Shown one piece after another: positions 1 through 13,760 of a stretch of DNA of 64,000 nt. Location: positions 110,236,001 to 110,300,000 of the forward strand of contig OZ024745.1 of NCBI GenBank assembly GCA_964016885.1, given 5' to 3'. The position numbers and the translations under genes were made by a program. The stretch's first letter is position 1, and each line of letters opens with the position of its first letter. The DNA comes from Eledone cirrhosa (lineage: Eukaryota). The notes under the pieces were generated by a model. The model did no database searches. It was not told the origin of the DNA and worked only from the letters and a program-made list of their open reading frames with translations.

Positions 1-123
1 TCAGCCTTTGACTTTCCCTTGGACAAAATCAGTGGCAATGAGAGGGAAGACTTGCATACAAGAGCAACTGCTAGACTTCCACAAGCCTACACCTTAAAGA
101 GGAACATCCCCAAGTGAGACAAG

Positions 124-528
124 TCAAGTACTGATTTTGATTCGAACCCTGCAGCACTCGGCATCAAACCCATCAAGTGCAAGTTGGAGATCAGATTTTG
201 TCAAGTTAAGTAATACCATGTTGTTTGCAAATTCCAGCCTACTGATTCTAACCCTGCCAGTTATGACACCACTTGCAACCTGGTTGCACATGTCAATCCT
301 GTTCATGTAAATAATGAACAGGCAAGGTGACAGCAAGTTCCCTTCATGGAGTCTGATTCCCACATTGAATGCTTTTGATTTAGCACCATTTATCCAAACA
401 GAAATACTCTGGCATTCGTATAGAGACATCATGGCAACAAGAAGTTGACCATTGTTCCTATTCCTATACTCCTGTAGAACTTTGTAAAATGAAGTTTGTT
501 TTAAAAAAACTGTACAGAAGCTTGTCAT
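124..528 (-). mobile_element. Degenerate non-LTR (RTE-like) reverse transcriptase fragment
   Basis: Translation has RT motifs FNVGIRLHEGNLLSPCLFIIYM (cf. GxRQGxxLSPxLF) and LEFANNMVLL (decayed FADD). Confidence 0.85.
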
Positions 529-546
529 ATATATGTGTATGTGTAT

Positions 547-582
<36 letters not shown>

Positions 583-855
583 CTGTGTCTTTGTTTATCC
601 CACACCTCAGTAATTCAAGACATCAATAAAGCAAAAACCAGTCATGAAAAATACAAGAACTGGGGCCAATCTGATTGACTAAGCCCTAAAATGGCCTCAG
701 TAAAAGAAAGATGTTATACTACACATGCAATTAACTTTTCATATTTTGAAGACTCATTGCTATATCTTCAGACACATGCACACATTAGGAATATATACAC
801 TTCATATAAAAGATATATTTTACTTAATCTATGATCAATATTTGTATGCATGTAT

Positions 856-900
<45 letters not shown>

Positions 901-901
<1 letters not shown>

Positions 902-1192
902 CATCATCATCATCATCATCATCATCATCGTTTAACGTCCCTGTTCCACGCTTGCATGGGTTTGGACGAGGGTTTTCCCACTTGAGGCAAGAGTGGTTGT
1001 CTTGCTCGCATAGGACTGTCTGGCATGTTTTCTACAGCTGGATGCCCTTCCTAACACCAACCACATTTACAGTGTGGGACTGGGAGGTTTTTACCGTGTT
1101 GCCTACACGGCCACATTACAGCGTGGACTGTGTGTTTTTTGTTGTGACACCTACACGATCTCATTTGTTTCGGCCTGGATGTTGTGGCACCA
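901..1192 (-). mobile_element. SINE 3' part with (TGA)n tail (family A)
   Basis: Reverse complement nearly identical to 22788-22958 and 58466-58644; contains GGTGTTAGGAAGGGCATCCAGCTGTAGAAA; ends in (TGA)n. Confidence 0.85.
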
Positions 1193-1194
1193 AA

Positions 1195-1226
<32 letters not shown>

Positions 1227-1259
1227 TTGTATATGTGTGTATATGAATATACATATGTA

Positions 1260-1340
<81 letters not shown>

Positions 1341-1576
1341 CAACACAACAAATACATCATATATTTGAGAGAAATTGCTGCAAATAATTACATTCATGTG
1401 TGTGAATACATATTACATTATTTTCTGCCTAAGAATACAAAAGGTAGAGAAAAGAAAAAAAACACTTACACACACACACACACACATATGTGCGTGTATG
1501 TGTGTATTCATATATATATATACATTCACATATACTTATATGTGTGTATATATATATATATACACATAAGTATATG

Positions 1577-1635
<59 letters not shown>

Positions 1636-1826
1636 GAATACATAGTTATTTGGAAAATGGGTGTATGATGATGATGATGATATATGCATACCAATACAAA
1701 TATATCTTATTTGGTTTGTCTAAGTCATCATGGTCATATCTATTTCTCTATCTATCATTATATATATGTATGCATGAGTGCGTGTGTATATATATATATA
1801 TATATATAAATATGTGTGCGTGTGTA

Positions 1827-1866
<40 letters not shown>

Positions 1867-1930
1867 TACATGCAAAAACATTATATATATGTGTGTGTAT
1901 ATGTTTATACATACATATATACATAGATAC

Positions 1931-1962
<32 letters not shown>

Positions 1963-2092
1963 AAGAAAATTTCACTGAGAATTTTCTGAATAAAATAAAT
2001 AAATTTAAATTGGTTGTGAAACTTTTGATAACACCTGTGTTTGAAAATAAAAATATTTGAAAATATTCAGGCAATTGGCAAACATGTCTTTT

Positions 2093-2134
<42 letters not shown>

Positions 2135-2200
2135 TATTTATATATATATGTGCGTGTGTGTGTGTGTATTCATTTTTTTTATTATATTTATATATATATT
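1195..2200. repeat. Compound (TA)n/(CA)n/(TG)n microsatellite field
   Basis: Directly visible dinucleotide tracts. Confidence 0.95.
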
Positions 2201-3527
2201 TTTATGTTACTTACTGTTATTTTTATCTGAGAATCAAAGTGACAAACACAATATGTTTATGTGTTGAAGAGCAGTGGGAGGGGAAGGGAATGAAATGTGG
2301 GTGGGTGGGATTGGCAGTGGGGGGGAAAACAATGTCTGTTTCAATGATATAGGTTTTTTACTTGAAAGTGCAATTTAATACAACAATTCCCACTGTGTTA
2401 TCCAATATCTGTTGTTACACATCAGCAACAACACAAAGAAAACTATAGTTAGAGAGAGAGACTAAAATGAAATTTGACACTTAAATTTTTAGCATCTAAT
2501 ATTTCTTACATGATGCATTTTTATGCTTGCATTGCCAACAAATAATTCAAATGAATTAGCATTTCATTTTTATTTTATTTATTTCTTTAAATTTCATTTT
2601 GCATCCTTTTTTATTTTTATTTTTATTTTTTTATTATTATTATTTTATTCTATTTTACTTTTGCATACAGGCTTTTCCTGTTCATCAATAAGAATATAAA
2701 ATGTCATAGCCAAACTTGATTCAATACATCCTCGAGTCCTAATTACCAACTGTGCTTAGCTACTAATGTTGTCAGCCAAAGAATTTAGCAGGATTCAATG
2801 ATATCAGCGGCAACATTAAATTTCAAATTTCAACTCAATAACTAGGATTTTGCTGCTCTTGTTTTGTTTTGTTTTTTCATTTATTATTATCTCTCTCTTT
2901 CTCTCTTCTTTGTATACATATGCATGTCTCTTGCATTCTATATTTTTCTCCTTCAAACACAGATATACATTCATGCTTACATGCATACTTATATACATAC
3001 ACGCATGTATGTATATGTATACACACTATTGTTGTTGTTGCTGAAACGACTACAATAATTTTCCCTTTCATCTATTTGTAGAGATCATAAAACAAATAGC
3101 TATATATTAATTTCAAAATTTCAAAAAGATCTAAAATGATACCTTTATGTGACTACAAGTACAGGAAGGAGGGGGTGAAATGCTTACAAAAATCGTTTTT
3201 TCCTATTCAAAAATTGTATCTCTTTCATTTTCACTCACGGCCATCAGGGATTTTTATTTGATATTTTCAGAAAGCAATGATTCTGAAGTGAAAATCAAGT
3301 TTAAATGCTGACTGCCAGAGGGTAAGATTTCAAAATAGGCTGTTTCAACATTTCAATTTTTCTTCATATACAATTGTTTTTCTGTGTTATTGTAACTTTG
3401 TATCTTATACACTAGGTAAAAATGTTGTTTTTGTTATAAATGGAGACACTATATGTGTTTATACTAGCATTACTATTTGGTGGGGAACTAAAACAGTGTT
3501 TAGTAGCATAGAATTCACAAGCTAGAG

Positions 3528-3758
3528 CAGGGTTTCCCAAACTTGGTCACAGAAACCTTATACAATTTTTCAAATAATTGCTGAAACCATATCTATATTA
3601 TGCAAACTATCCCCACACCACCACTATAATTTTAATATGACATTAAATGAAACAGAAATTATTCATATATTAAACAAAAAAAAAAAAGCATATACTAAAT
3701 TTTTTCAAACTTTACTAAAAGATATCATATCTTCCAAAATTCACTTTAGGAAACATTG
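3528..3758. mobile_element. hAT-type MITE
   Basis: Imperfect TIRs CAGGGTTTCCCAAA / TTTAGGAAACATTG; flanking 8-mers AGCTAGAG / AGCTATAG (7/8 match) as TSD. Confidence 0.65.
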
Positions 3759-4928
3759 AGCTATAGAATAAAGAAAAGATTGTAGATTACAGTTATTATC
3801 ATTATACACACACACACACATATATATACACATGTGTGTGTATATATATATATATATATATGTGTGTGCGTGTATATGTGTGTGGGTGTGTATATATACA
3901 CGTATAACATTGCATTTATTTTGTTGTGGTAGTTATTGTCAGTATCAACAGCATAAAATATAACATATCATTACAATCATGATTAAGATTAGTATCACCA
4001 TTATTGTCACCAAAACTATTCCTCTTCTGCATTACAATATTCATTATTTCTATTCTAATCAAATCAGATTGTCTCATTCTTCCCTCCAAAAAATATTCTT
4101 TTTTTCTTTTCTTTTACATTCTGCCAATTATTCAGCATTGACATGAAATGGCAGTCATTAAGCTGCTAACAAATGAAATTTCCTCGGCATTTCAACTTAA
4201 AACATTATTTTTGAAACAGAAAAATGTTACTGCTGCTACATATCGGAGAATATATAATGATGAAATATAACTTACTCCTCCAAATTCTATTGCTCAGTTT
4301 TGTATCTACATTTAATGTGTATTCTTGTCTGAATCTTATTCCAGCTGAGGAATGTACTCATATGTGATGTGAAATACCCTGCTTCAGGGCATTCTGTTCC
4401 AGTATCTTACCAGCCATTTTCTCATCCAACAATCAAACTACCATTCATCAATATTGTATCAATAGGCCAAAAAACGTCCAGTTTCTCTCTATATATAAGA
4501 CATTTCTGTCTCTCCAAACATCTGAATTAAGGATTCTTAAAGATGCCTAAACAAAGAAAAAATTCATTCTCATTTTGTTCTCTTATAGCCCCTGTGGGTC
4601 TTTCTTTTGCAAGGCAGTTTATATGAATGTAACAGCTAAAATATTTGAAAAGTTTTCAGGAATGAACAAGATGATGATTTTAACGAATTGGTAATGGGTA
4701 TATGGAATATGAAGAGCAAATTTGTACATCATGGAGTTTTGGGCAAAAGAATGAAATGAACTTTTATAATAGTTAAAAATGCAATATGAATACAAGAGAT
4801 GTTAGCATGTGTATTAACTCTTATAGCATTGAAACTAACATGAAGCAAGATATTAAAGTATTTCTTCAATAATGAGTAGTGATACACAGGCTGAGAAGAA
4901 ACTATCAAGGTGGAATAACAAATATAAC

Positions 4929-5685
4929 TATGAGGTGTGTCACAAAAGTAACAGGACTAAGTGTGCTGTGTGAGCTATAAGTGGATTAGGGATTAGTGGG
5001 TTACATCACATGTAATATCCAGGTAGTATATAACTACTATATCAGCTCTCTGTAGCCATTGTATGTTGTTCTACGTGCTTTTGTTAATAGCTCCTCAATG
5101 TTAGGCCATCAAGCAACAGGCACAGAGCAACGAACCAGCCTGAAGTTTCTGGTTGGGCAGGAAAAAACTCTGTCAGAACCATTCGGAATACTGCAGCAAG
5201 TGTACAGAGATGAGACAATGTCATGCAGGATTTTGAGTGGCACAAAAGATTCAAAGGGGGATGTATGGATGTGGAAGATGAACCCAAGGCGTTTGCTTTG
5301 TTCAGTGGGTGTGAAGAGGTGAGAGTTGTGGCAGGACAACTCATGGCTGCTTCACCACAACAAACGCTGGCTCACAATGCCCTGAGCATAAGGCAGTCCC
5401 TGGCCGAGAAGTATATTGCCATGCTGGTACAAACTCCCTGCTCACCCGATCTGGTTCTGTGTGATTTTTTTCTTTTTCTTCAATCTCTAGAGGGTCATCA
5501 AGGGAACCAATTTTCTGGATTTCGAAGCCATCAAGAATGTTGTCATGACGGAGCTGTAGAGAATCCTGAGAGAATTCTTCCAGGAGTGCAAGGATGGGAA
5601 GGTGTGTTAGACTTGAAGGGGTTATTTCAAAGGGGAAAACTTGTAGTTTGTTGTTTGAATTTGAAATATTTTTTGTGGCCTCATA
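4929..5685 (+). pseudogene. Internally deleted, frameshifted mariner transposase remnant
   Basis: TIR-like start TATGAGGTGTGTCACAAAAGTAAC; peptides EQRTSLKFLV, FEWHKRFKGG..VEDEP (HTH region) and PCSPDLVLCDFFLF (YSPDLAPxD motif). Confidence 0.85.
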
Positions 5686-5976
5686 GTTGCCACAACTTGT
5701 CAGCTGGCCTCTTTATCAAAATTAAATGCTTTTTCACCTGCTGAGAACAAAACAGCTGTGGAAGGGTGGAAAAAACAACCAATGTTATGAGCTCTTATGT
5801 AAATAGAAAGTAAGTTTGAAACATTTATAACATCATACTCATTTTCTTGATCAAGATATATCTTTTGTTATTTACTTGATAAACTTTATGCACATGGGTA
5901 ATCAAGGGAAAGAGTGTCAGTGATATAAACCTCTTTCAATCACATGAAGGATGCATAGAAGTGATTGATAGCTTCT

Positions 5977-6465
5977 GTTATCTAGATGGCCTAATTAACA
6001 TTGAAGGGAAGTGCACTGAGAACATAATAGCTAAAATAAGGATAGGATAGAAGTTTAGAGAGCTACTTCCACTGTTGACAACAAAAGGTTTCTCACTACA
6101 TACAAAATGACAACTGTATGATGCCTGTGTGCAAAGTGTGATGCCGGATGGTAGTGAAACATGGGTAGTGGCCAAAGTGGACCTGTGTAGGCTGGAGAGA
6201 AATGAAGCAACCTTTCTTCATTGGATGTGCAATGTAAACATGAGAGAAAGGAAGAGCTTGGATGAACTAAGGGAGAAGCTGGGTTAAAAGAGGAATCTGA
6301 AGTGGTGTGAGAAGACTGCATTGATGCAGACATGTGATGTGCATGAATGATGATTGCTGGGTGAAGAAGTGCCAGGAAATCCCAGTGGAAGGAAGCTGCA
6401 GTAGAGGTAGACCAAGGAAGACCTGGGAAGAGGTGGTGAGAGCTAATCTCAAATAGCTGAGACTG
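5977..6465 (+). mobile_element. RTE LINE 3' fragment, degenerate
   Basis: Homologous by eye to the reverse complement of 24480-25080 ([19 protein letters not shown] region). Confidence 0.8.
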
Positions 6466-6729
6466 GATTAATTAACTACTGTTTTATTTTTCTATTGTTT
6501 AATATTATATGCATACATATACATATATATGGTGCTATTAAGTTAGACATGGCCTAGGCCAATACTGGCCGAAACCTATCAAAGTTATATGTGTGTGTGT
6601 ATGTGCATATATATATATATGTATGCATGCATTTGTGCGTGTGTATTGTGTGTGTGCATGTGTATTTGTATCTGTGTTTATGTTTATTATTTTGCCTATG
6701 TCCTATAATGTTAAAGTCTAAAATCTGTT

Positions 6730-7340
6730 TCAAGCCTAGAGGCTCATTAAACAACTGAAAGTACGAGATTCACCTCTGGACAGGATGTCAATCCATCAAA
6801 AGCTTAAACCACAAGCTACTGCTGGTACTCGTTTTCAGATGTGTGTATTGGAGCAACATGAAATGAAATGTTTTGCTCAAGAACAGATGTAACTTGATCT
6901 AGAAATCAAACCCATGACATTAAGATCTTAAGTTCAACACCCTAACCATTAGCCCACATACCTATAATATAGTAGTTCTACAAAAAAGATTGATTAAATA
7001 AATATCTGACTTGAAAGTACTGGGGTCAATATGGCTGCTTTATAATTACTTCAACAAAGTCTGTCTTAAGCCAGAAGGCTTGTTAGGCCGGTGCTTATCC
7101 TGCTTTCAAGGCGTGAAGTGACTGAGAGTACAAAACTCCCCCCTGGACAGGATGCCAGTCTATCGCAGGGTTAAACCCCCAGCTGTTGCGAGTATTCATT
7201 TACAGCTGAGTATACTGGAACAACGTGAAATGAAGTGTTTTTGCTTAAGAATACAACACACAACCCAGCCCAGGAATTTAACCCACAACAATATGATCAT
7301 AAGTCCAACACCCTTACCACTAGGCCATGCACCTTCACAC
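6730..7340 (-). mobile_element. Two tandem tRNA-head SINEs (family F; about 6730-6965 and 7065-7340)
   Basis: Minus strand has a tRNA-like head (GGCCTAGTGGTAAGGGTGTTGGAC), a CORE-like segment and CCCTGCGATAGACTGGCATCC; related copies at 35467-35728 and 54258-54512. Confidence 0.75.
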
Positions 7341-7928
7341 TTAAACAAGTAAAATAATGAAATATAAAACTGTTCTTCTGTTAACCTTAAGAGTAATTTT
7401 TCTTCATTTATTTCTTATTATTAACTGTTTCTCATTACTGTATTTATAATGTATTCTCAGAAAGAATATAGATAACAGTCAACAAGTATCTTCATTTAGT
7501 CCTTCATCATTATTATTTCCTCGATTCATAAGCTATTACTAGAAAAAGTAAATCTACATGTCCATACATTGAGCCTTCTCTTAAAAAATGTTGTCTGTGT
7601 TTCATTTCCAATGAACTAATTAATTGATAGTAACTCAATCAAATTCCCATTTCTTTTTAATCCTTTTTTTTTCTATGTTTTTTCAATGTGCTTTTTTTCT
7701 GATTTGATTGATGCTTCATATAAACATGTAAACTAACTTATATCGCTTGACATGAGTATAGAAACTGACACTGAATAAATGGCCAAAAATAACAGAAGAA
7801 AACAACTAGAAACAGTGTTTAGAACAGTTTAAAAACCTTTCATTATCATATTTCTCATGAAAGATACTGCTTATGATCTTGAAAATAATCAAGAATTTGA
7901 AGAGATTAACTAACATTCTTATTATCAA

Positions 7929-8152
7929 GATGGTGGATTGGCAGTATCGGTAGAGCATCAGACAACATGCTTTGCAGCATATAGTTATGGCCCTTTATGT
8001 CCTGAGTTCAAATCCCACCAAGGTTAAATTTGCCACTTTGCCTTTCATCCTTCCGAGATCGATAAAACAAACTACCAGTAATGCACTGGCGTCGATTTAA
8101 TCAAATTTTCCATTGCATTAAAATTACTGGTATTGTGTCAAAAGTAAAAATA
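7929..8152 (+). mobile_element. SINE family C
   Basis: GGATTGGCAGTATCGGTAGAG...GAGTTCAAATCCC (A/B boxes)...TTTGCCTTTCATCC..GTCGATAAAA..TACCAG; many copies in the window. Confidence 0.8.
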
Positions 8153-11094
8153 ATTATGAAGTTGATATTTGGAATATAGTTTAACAAAGTTCCTTACGTA
8201 AAATCATGATGAAGGGTTTTTAGATAAATATCTTATAACAAATGGTTCTGAATCATAGAACCAGGGGCAGTTTCAAACAATTTGCTATCAAAATGGTTGA
8301 AAAATAACAATAATCTATATTTTTAAAATTTAGATATCTAAATTATGTGATTTGACAGTGCTAAAAATAGAGCCTAAAGGTTTTGGTGGAGGGTGAACTC
8401 TCTTTCAAAATCGAACTGGAAACACTACATAAATTCTCTGTATATGTCAACTCAGTAATTCCTATTACAAAATATTCTTTCAGTGGTTGGATGCTGACAT
8501 TTCTGACATTCATATTTAAGAGAGCAATTAGAATCCACTCTCTAGCTCAGATTATAAACATGACAAAAAAAAAAAGAAATAAGAAATTAAAAATTGATAA
8601 AGGGTGAAAAGAAAAGTATATATTTTTTATAAATTTCTTATTTTTCCCTCTTACTGTCATACATTGTTTTTCGCTTTTCTTCCTTTTTTATATCTTATGA
8701 AAATGCTGCAGCTTTTTCATGTTATGGGGAAGATATTATATTTTATATTCTTATGGAGATGAAACCAAAGGGGCGTGAAATACTTAAATAATAAAAATAT
8801 ACAAATGTAAACAGAAATACACACATATAAATACGAATATCCATATATGTATGTCAGTATGTGCATACATATATGAATGTATATTTTATGTGTGTACAAG
8901 AACACATTTTTTTAAAATCCTATTTATCTCTTGATTTATGAATCAATAAAATGACAAACCAACTGTGAAAAACATAAATAAAAGGGGAAAACAATTCAAA
9001 AAGAACAAGAATATGTCTATCTGTTTAGTATATGGGAAGAGAATGTATGTATCAGTATCTTGTTTATGTATGTGAGTGTGTGTATAAGTAAAAGACTGAA
9101 CTAAATCGACTTTTCATTGAAGAACAGCTGAAGGAGTTATGATAGCTCAATCTCTGCTGCTCCTTCCATTAGAAAGACTTCATTTATGCTGTTTTAGGCA
9201 GCACAATCACAGAGAAACTATCTGCCTGCACACATCCGTTGACAAAGGGAACAAAATCAAGGGAATATCTTTCTCCTAACATTCACATTCATTTCTCCTC
9301 CATTTTTATGTTTTGTATTGTATTATTTTTCTTTATTTAATTTTGTAGGAGATAAAATAAAAATTACTTTCTCCATTTTGTTTTCCTTCAAAAAGATATT
9401 TTTTTCTCTTTTCTTATAGATGCATGTTATTTCATTTCTCAGTAAATTTCCATTTTTATCATTTTTGTTGTTTGTTTAGTATATTGAAAACTTTCATAGA
9501 TTTAAGAACATAAAGACATTGTATATGACACTAAGACATTAAAGATTTGTGTGTATCATCGACAAGAAGTCAGATAAAATTATGTATCAAGGATATAAAA
9601 CATTGTAAGATAACATGACCGAGAACAAACAGTTCTATTGTAATTCTTTCTTTTCTTTCTTTTTATATATTTTAAAGAAAAAGAAATGTTTCTACACATG
9701 AGTAGAAGTTTAATATTTGATTCTTCAGTTGGGTTCTTGATTTATCTTTTGTATAATTTGAATGTTTTAATATGTATGTCTCTTTTAAAAATCTTCCATC
9801 TTTTAAGATGTACATGAAAAAAATAACAAATAATAAGAAATAATCAATAAACAAATAAATAAATAAAATTAGCTGTTATAGATTTGAATAAAACCCATAA
9901 TATTTGACAGGAATTATCTTGAGAGATTTATTCTCAAAACTGAGAGCTTTATATCTGTGGACATGCTAGATAATCCAGTTTCCTTTTATCTGTTTCAGAG
10001 CCTGTGTTTGAAACTGTCTCGCTACATTAATTTAGAATTTCAATTTGGAAAATGTAGTTGAAATAATTTTTAGTGGATTTTCTAAGGCAACATTAATAGA
10101 AATATAAGCAAAATGAACTGGTTGAAAAGCTATTGTTATTGTTGCTGTTGTTGTCATTGTTGTTTAACTCGAGGTCAAAACTGATGAAGTAGGCTTATCA
10201 TCAAAAGCATTCTAGCCATGACCATCTAGTCTTTTTCTCATGTGCTGCTGTAGAGACCTTGCCAAACAAAGGGTGTGGAGGACTCTTTAGTTGTGCCACT
10301 GTCAACCTCCATAGTGTTGGTGATCTACATGATAAACAGATCCAGTACACAATGTAAAGGAGTTGGTGATAGGATCAGCATCTAGCCATAGAAAACCTGC
10401 CAAACAAAGGGTCAAAAGGATTCTTTATCAGTGTCAAAGACGTGATAGCCTCTCTAGTGCTCACACTATAACAAACTTCACTCAGTAGAGCAAGGGATCA
10501 TATGCAAGCAAGATGCCAGTCCCTAGCCAGTCAGAGCAATCAATACAGTACAGAAACATATGGAAGCAAGATGCAGGTCTGCAGCCCATCTGAGAGGTCA
10601 GGAGCTCCACGTGAATACTGATCAGCCTGTCGTAAAATGTCCATATGTCCAAGCTTTGCTAGCAGGGAAAATGGAAATTAAACAATGATGACAAGGATGC
10701 TGAAGATATAGGAAAAATATTAATAAAGATTGGAAGACATTCCTATTGTTTTGTTTTAGATATATAAGGGCAGTGCCCCAGCATAGCCTCAGCTGGATGG
10801 CTGGAACAGTTAAAAGAGTAAAAGAGTATACACACATTTACAGTACATAAGAAAAAAGAATCAGTTCATTCAAAATAGATAATATATATTTTTTTAAATA
10901 GGTGAGTTTACAGAATTAATCATGGCTAACTAATTAGTTTTTGTACTAACTAGTTTCACTATGAGTTATTTTTCAAAGTTTCATTTGAAGGTTGCATTTT
11001 TGTTGGTTTTGAGTATTTTTACAATAAGTGTCACTAATGTCGTTTTGAAACCTTTTAATTTTTTACTCTGTCTGTGTGCGTATATATCATCATC

Positions 11095-11640
11095 ATGGTT
11101 ATTATATCTGCTTTTCCATGCTTGCATGGGTTGAGTATGTCCTTTTCAGTACAACATCTCTCGACTCACTGCCTTCTTTCATCATCAACTCTGTGAGTTT
11201 CAGCAATTTCAGGTCATCTCTCACAACCTGCTCAGAGATCTTCCTTAGGCTTTCTCTACTGTGACTTCCTTCCACTGAGATTTTCTGACACCTCTTCACC
11301 CAGCAATCATCGTCCATACACATCACATGTCCATACCAACACAGTCTTCTCTATTACATGCTACATTTGATTCTTCTTATTCCAAGTTTTTCTCATTCAA
11401 GTTCTGTCATTCTTGTACATTAATATTGCACATCCATTGAAACATGCTTCTTTCCTTTCTCTCCAGCCTACGCATGTCCTCCACAATCACTGCCCGTGTT
11501 TCACTGCCATGCAATATTGCAATTCCCACGTGGTCGTCATATAGTTCTCCTTTCATTCACGGAAAGAAACTTTTTATTGCCAACAGACAATTAGATCACC
11601 TATGTAGCAGAAGCTACCAACCACTTCTATGGACCATTCA
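11095..11640 (-). mobile_element. RTE LINE 3' fragment
   Basis: Minus translation MCMDDDCWVKRCQKISVEG..VVRDDLK; similar to 24480-25080. Confidence 0.8.
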
Positions 11641-11854
11641 TAGGATTGGAAAATGTTTATATCTCTGATGCTCTTATTATCAATTACTTCTGTACATCTA
11701 TTATATACAAAGTTTTCATTTCTTGTTAGTCTCTCTCTCTCAATATATATATTGGCCGACTGGATACGCATGTTTTCTTTCTCCCCATATTTTTTTTCAT
11801 TTTCCTCGTTCCTTCCTCTCACAACTCTTTACTTTCTATTTATCTTCTTTTTTT

Positions 11855-11985
11855 AAATATCTTTTGATGAAGGACTAACGTCCGAAACGTTAAGACTCTC
11901 TTCCTGATATTTTAAACTAATATATTTCTTCCATGTATTGTGCCATTTGTTTTGTTATTTTTGCTATTTCTGTTTACCTTTTACA
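11855..11985 (+). mobile_element. PLE-type 3' end with degenerate minimal hammerhead
   Basis: tTGATGA-A-GGAC-TAAC-GTCC-GAAACGTTA, then a tail ending TTTACCTTTTACA into microsatellite; same family as 22060-22182 and 38485-38570. Confidence 0.6.
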
Positions 11986-12005
11986 TATATATATGTGTGT
12001 GTGTG

Positions 12006-12041
<36 letters not shown>

Positions 12042-12953
12042 ACCTTCCTCTGCACATTTTCTGCCAACCGAATTTCACTTGTGAGGCAATGGCCAACCCA
12101 AAGCTATAGTAAAAGACACTTGTCCAAAGTGCCATACAGAAGGACTGAACCTGAAATCCTGTAGTTGTAAAGTGAACACCTTAACAAAAATATCTGCATC
12201 TTCATATAAAATACTTTCAAAATAGTAAGTAGCTCTAGGTTAACTTTCATGTATATTCACTTGACAAAATAGAAAAGAAATCACCCCCAAAATTTAAAAA
12301 AAATCGAAAATGTAATTGAATTTCATATCATTTCTTTTTAAATCACAAATTACTAATATTAATAGTTAGTATTAACATATTAATTGATGATGTTAATGTA
12401 CAAAGATTAAAAGATGGAATCCCTCTTTTTTGTATTACAATCTCATTGAAATTTGTTGAATAAAATTAATTACTTTAATCAATTTGGAGGGATTTAGAAA
12501 TATTATTGAGGTTTAGAACATTACTTAAGAAAAGATTCTTACATCAAATTATAATGGAAAATTTAAATTTAAATATCAAAGTTTGAATTTAAATATGAAT
12601 ACTTTAAAACAAATGGTTTTCCGTCATAAAACCAGAAACAGTTTCCGGAAGGTTGGTATCAAAAATGGTTAAGCATCTGTAAGATCATATGTTTCACTGA
12701 TCAAAGAAAATTATACATATAAGACTGTATATGTATATTCTTAGCATAATAGTAAATATGTGGTATACTTGAAGTATGCAATATATCATACAATAATAAT
12801 TCTTCAAGGACACAGCACCAATTTCTCCGTGGTGGAAAGATAGAAGTGGAAGATTAAGCTTACTCCCAACCTCCATTCCAAACTCAACCTCATGGTCCTT
12901 AGTGTCCCCCTACTTTTTAAAATCCATTTCCATTATTCTAATTTCTACACATA

Positions 12954-13515
12954 ACTATATATATAAAACTGAGGATGTCTGTCTGCGTGTGTGTGTGTAT
13001 GTGTGTGAGTGTGTCTGAGTTTGAATCCCTAAAACTCGAGAAGTACCCAACTGCATTAGGTGAAAAACTGTGTTTTTTCAGCTTTTTAGGGTTTTTTTGA
13101 GGTGGTACGTCAGACCGATTTCCTTGAAATTGTAACTATGTATTAGTCAGTCTCTTCTTTATACTGTGAGCAAAGAAAATCCAACTTTATTATGGCCTAG
13201 GGCCTGCATTAGGTGAAAAACATCATTTTTTCAACTTTTTTGAGGCATTACGTCTAACCGATTTTCCCGAACTTTCACGGCATATTATGCACATAAAAAA
13301 AATTCATTTTCTTGATCCCCTAGGGCCCGCATTAGGTGAAAACTTGCATTTTTCCTGCTTCATCGAGGAAAATCTTAAAGATTATCCAGCCATCAGAGTA
13401 TTCGGTTTATTTTTTTTACATATTGTCCAGGCATGCAGTTTTTCCACGATTAGGTCTGTTGGCGGCCCACGTTCCAAAATACCTTATCCCGTGCAATGCC
13501 GGGTACCACTGCTAG
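12954..13515 (+). mobile_element. Non-autonomous Helitron
   Basis: 3' end CCCGTGCAATGCCGGG hairpin followed by CTAG|T; no TIR or TSD; close paralogue at 26755-27204. Confidence 0.8.
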
Positions 13516-13531
13516 TATTCAATAAGTAAGA

Positions 13532-13760
13532 TTAACCCTTCAGCATTTACATTACTCTATATTTGCTATTATATTTTCATGGTAAAGCCTTTATCTCACA
13601 TAATTATCTCATATAATATTGAATCAATGAGATTTTGATATTATCTATTTTGAGAACAATACTTTAACATCAGTATGAGTGGCCGGTTACAGCTGGTTTA
13701 AACAGTAAGAGGGGAGAGAATTCTGACCAGATGTGGTCAGTTTAAATGCTAAAGGGTTAA
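13532..13760. mobile_element. piggyBac-like MITE (TTAA sites)
   Basis: TTAA-CCCTTCAGCATTTA ... TAAATGCTAAAGGG-TTAA; other copies at 20781, 20991, 41806, 56219. Confidence 0.85.

Noticed and set aside
13287-13529. Duplicated 80-aa ORF (also 26976-27215)
   Set aside because: It lies inside two copies of a non-autonomous Helitron, with no sign of coding function
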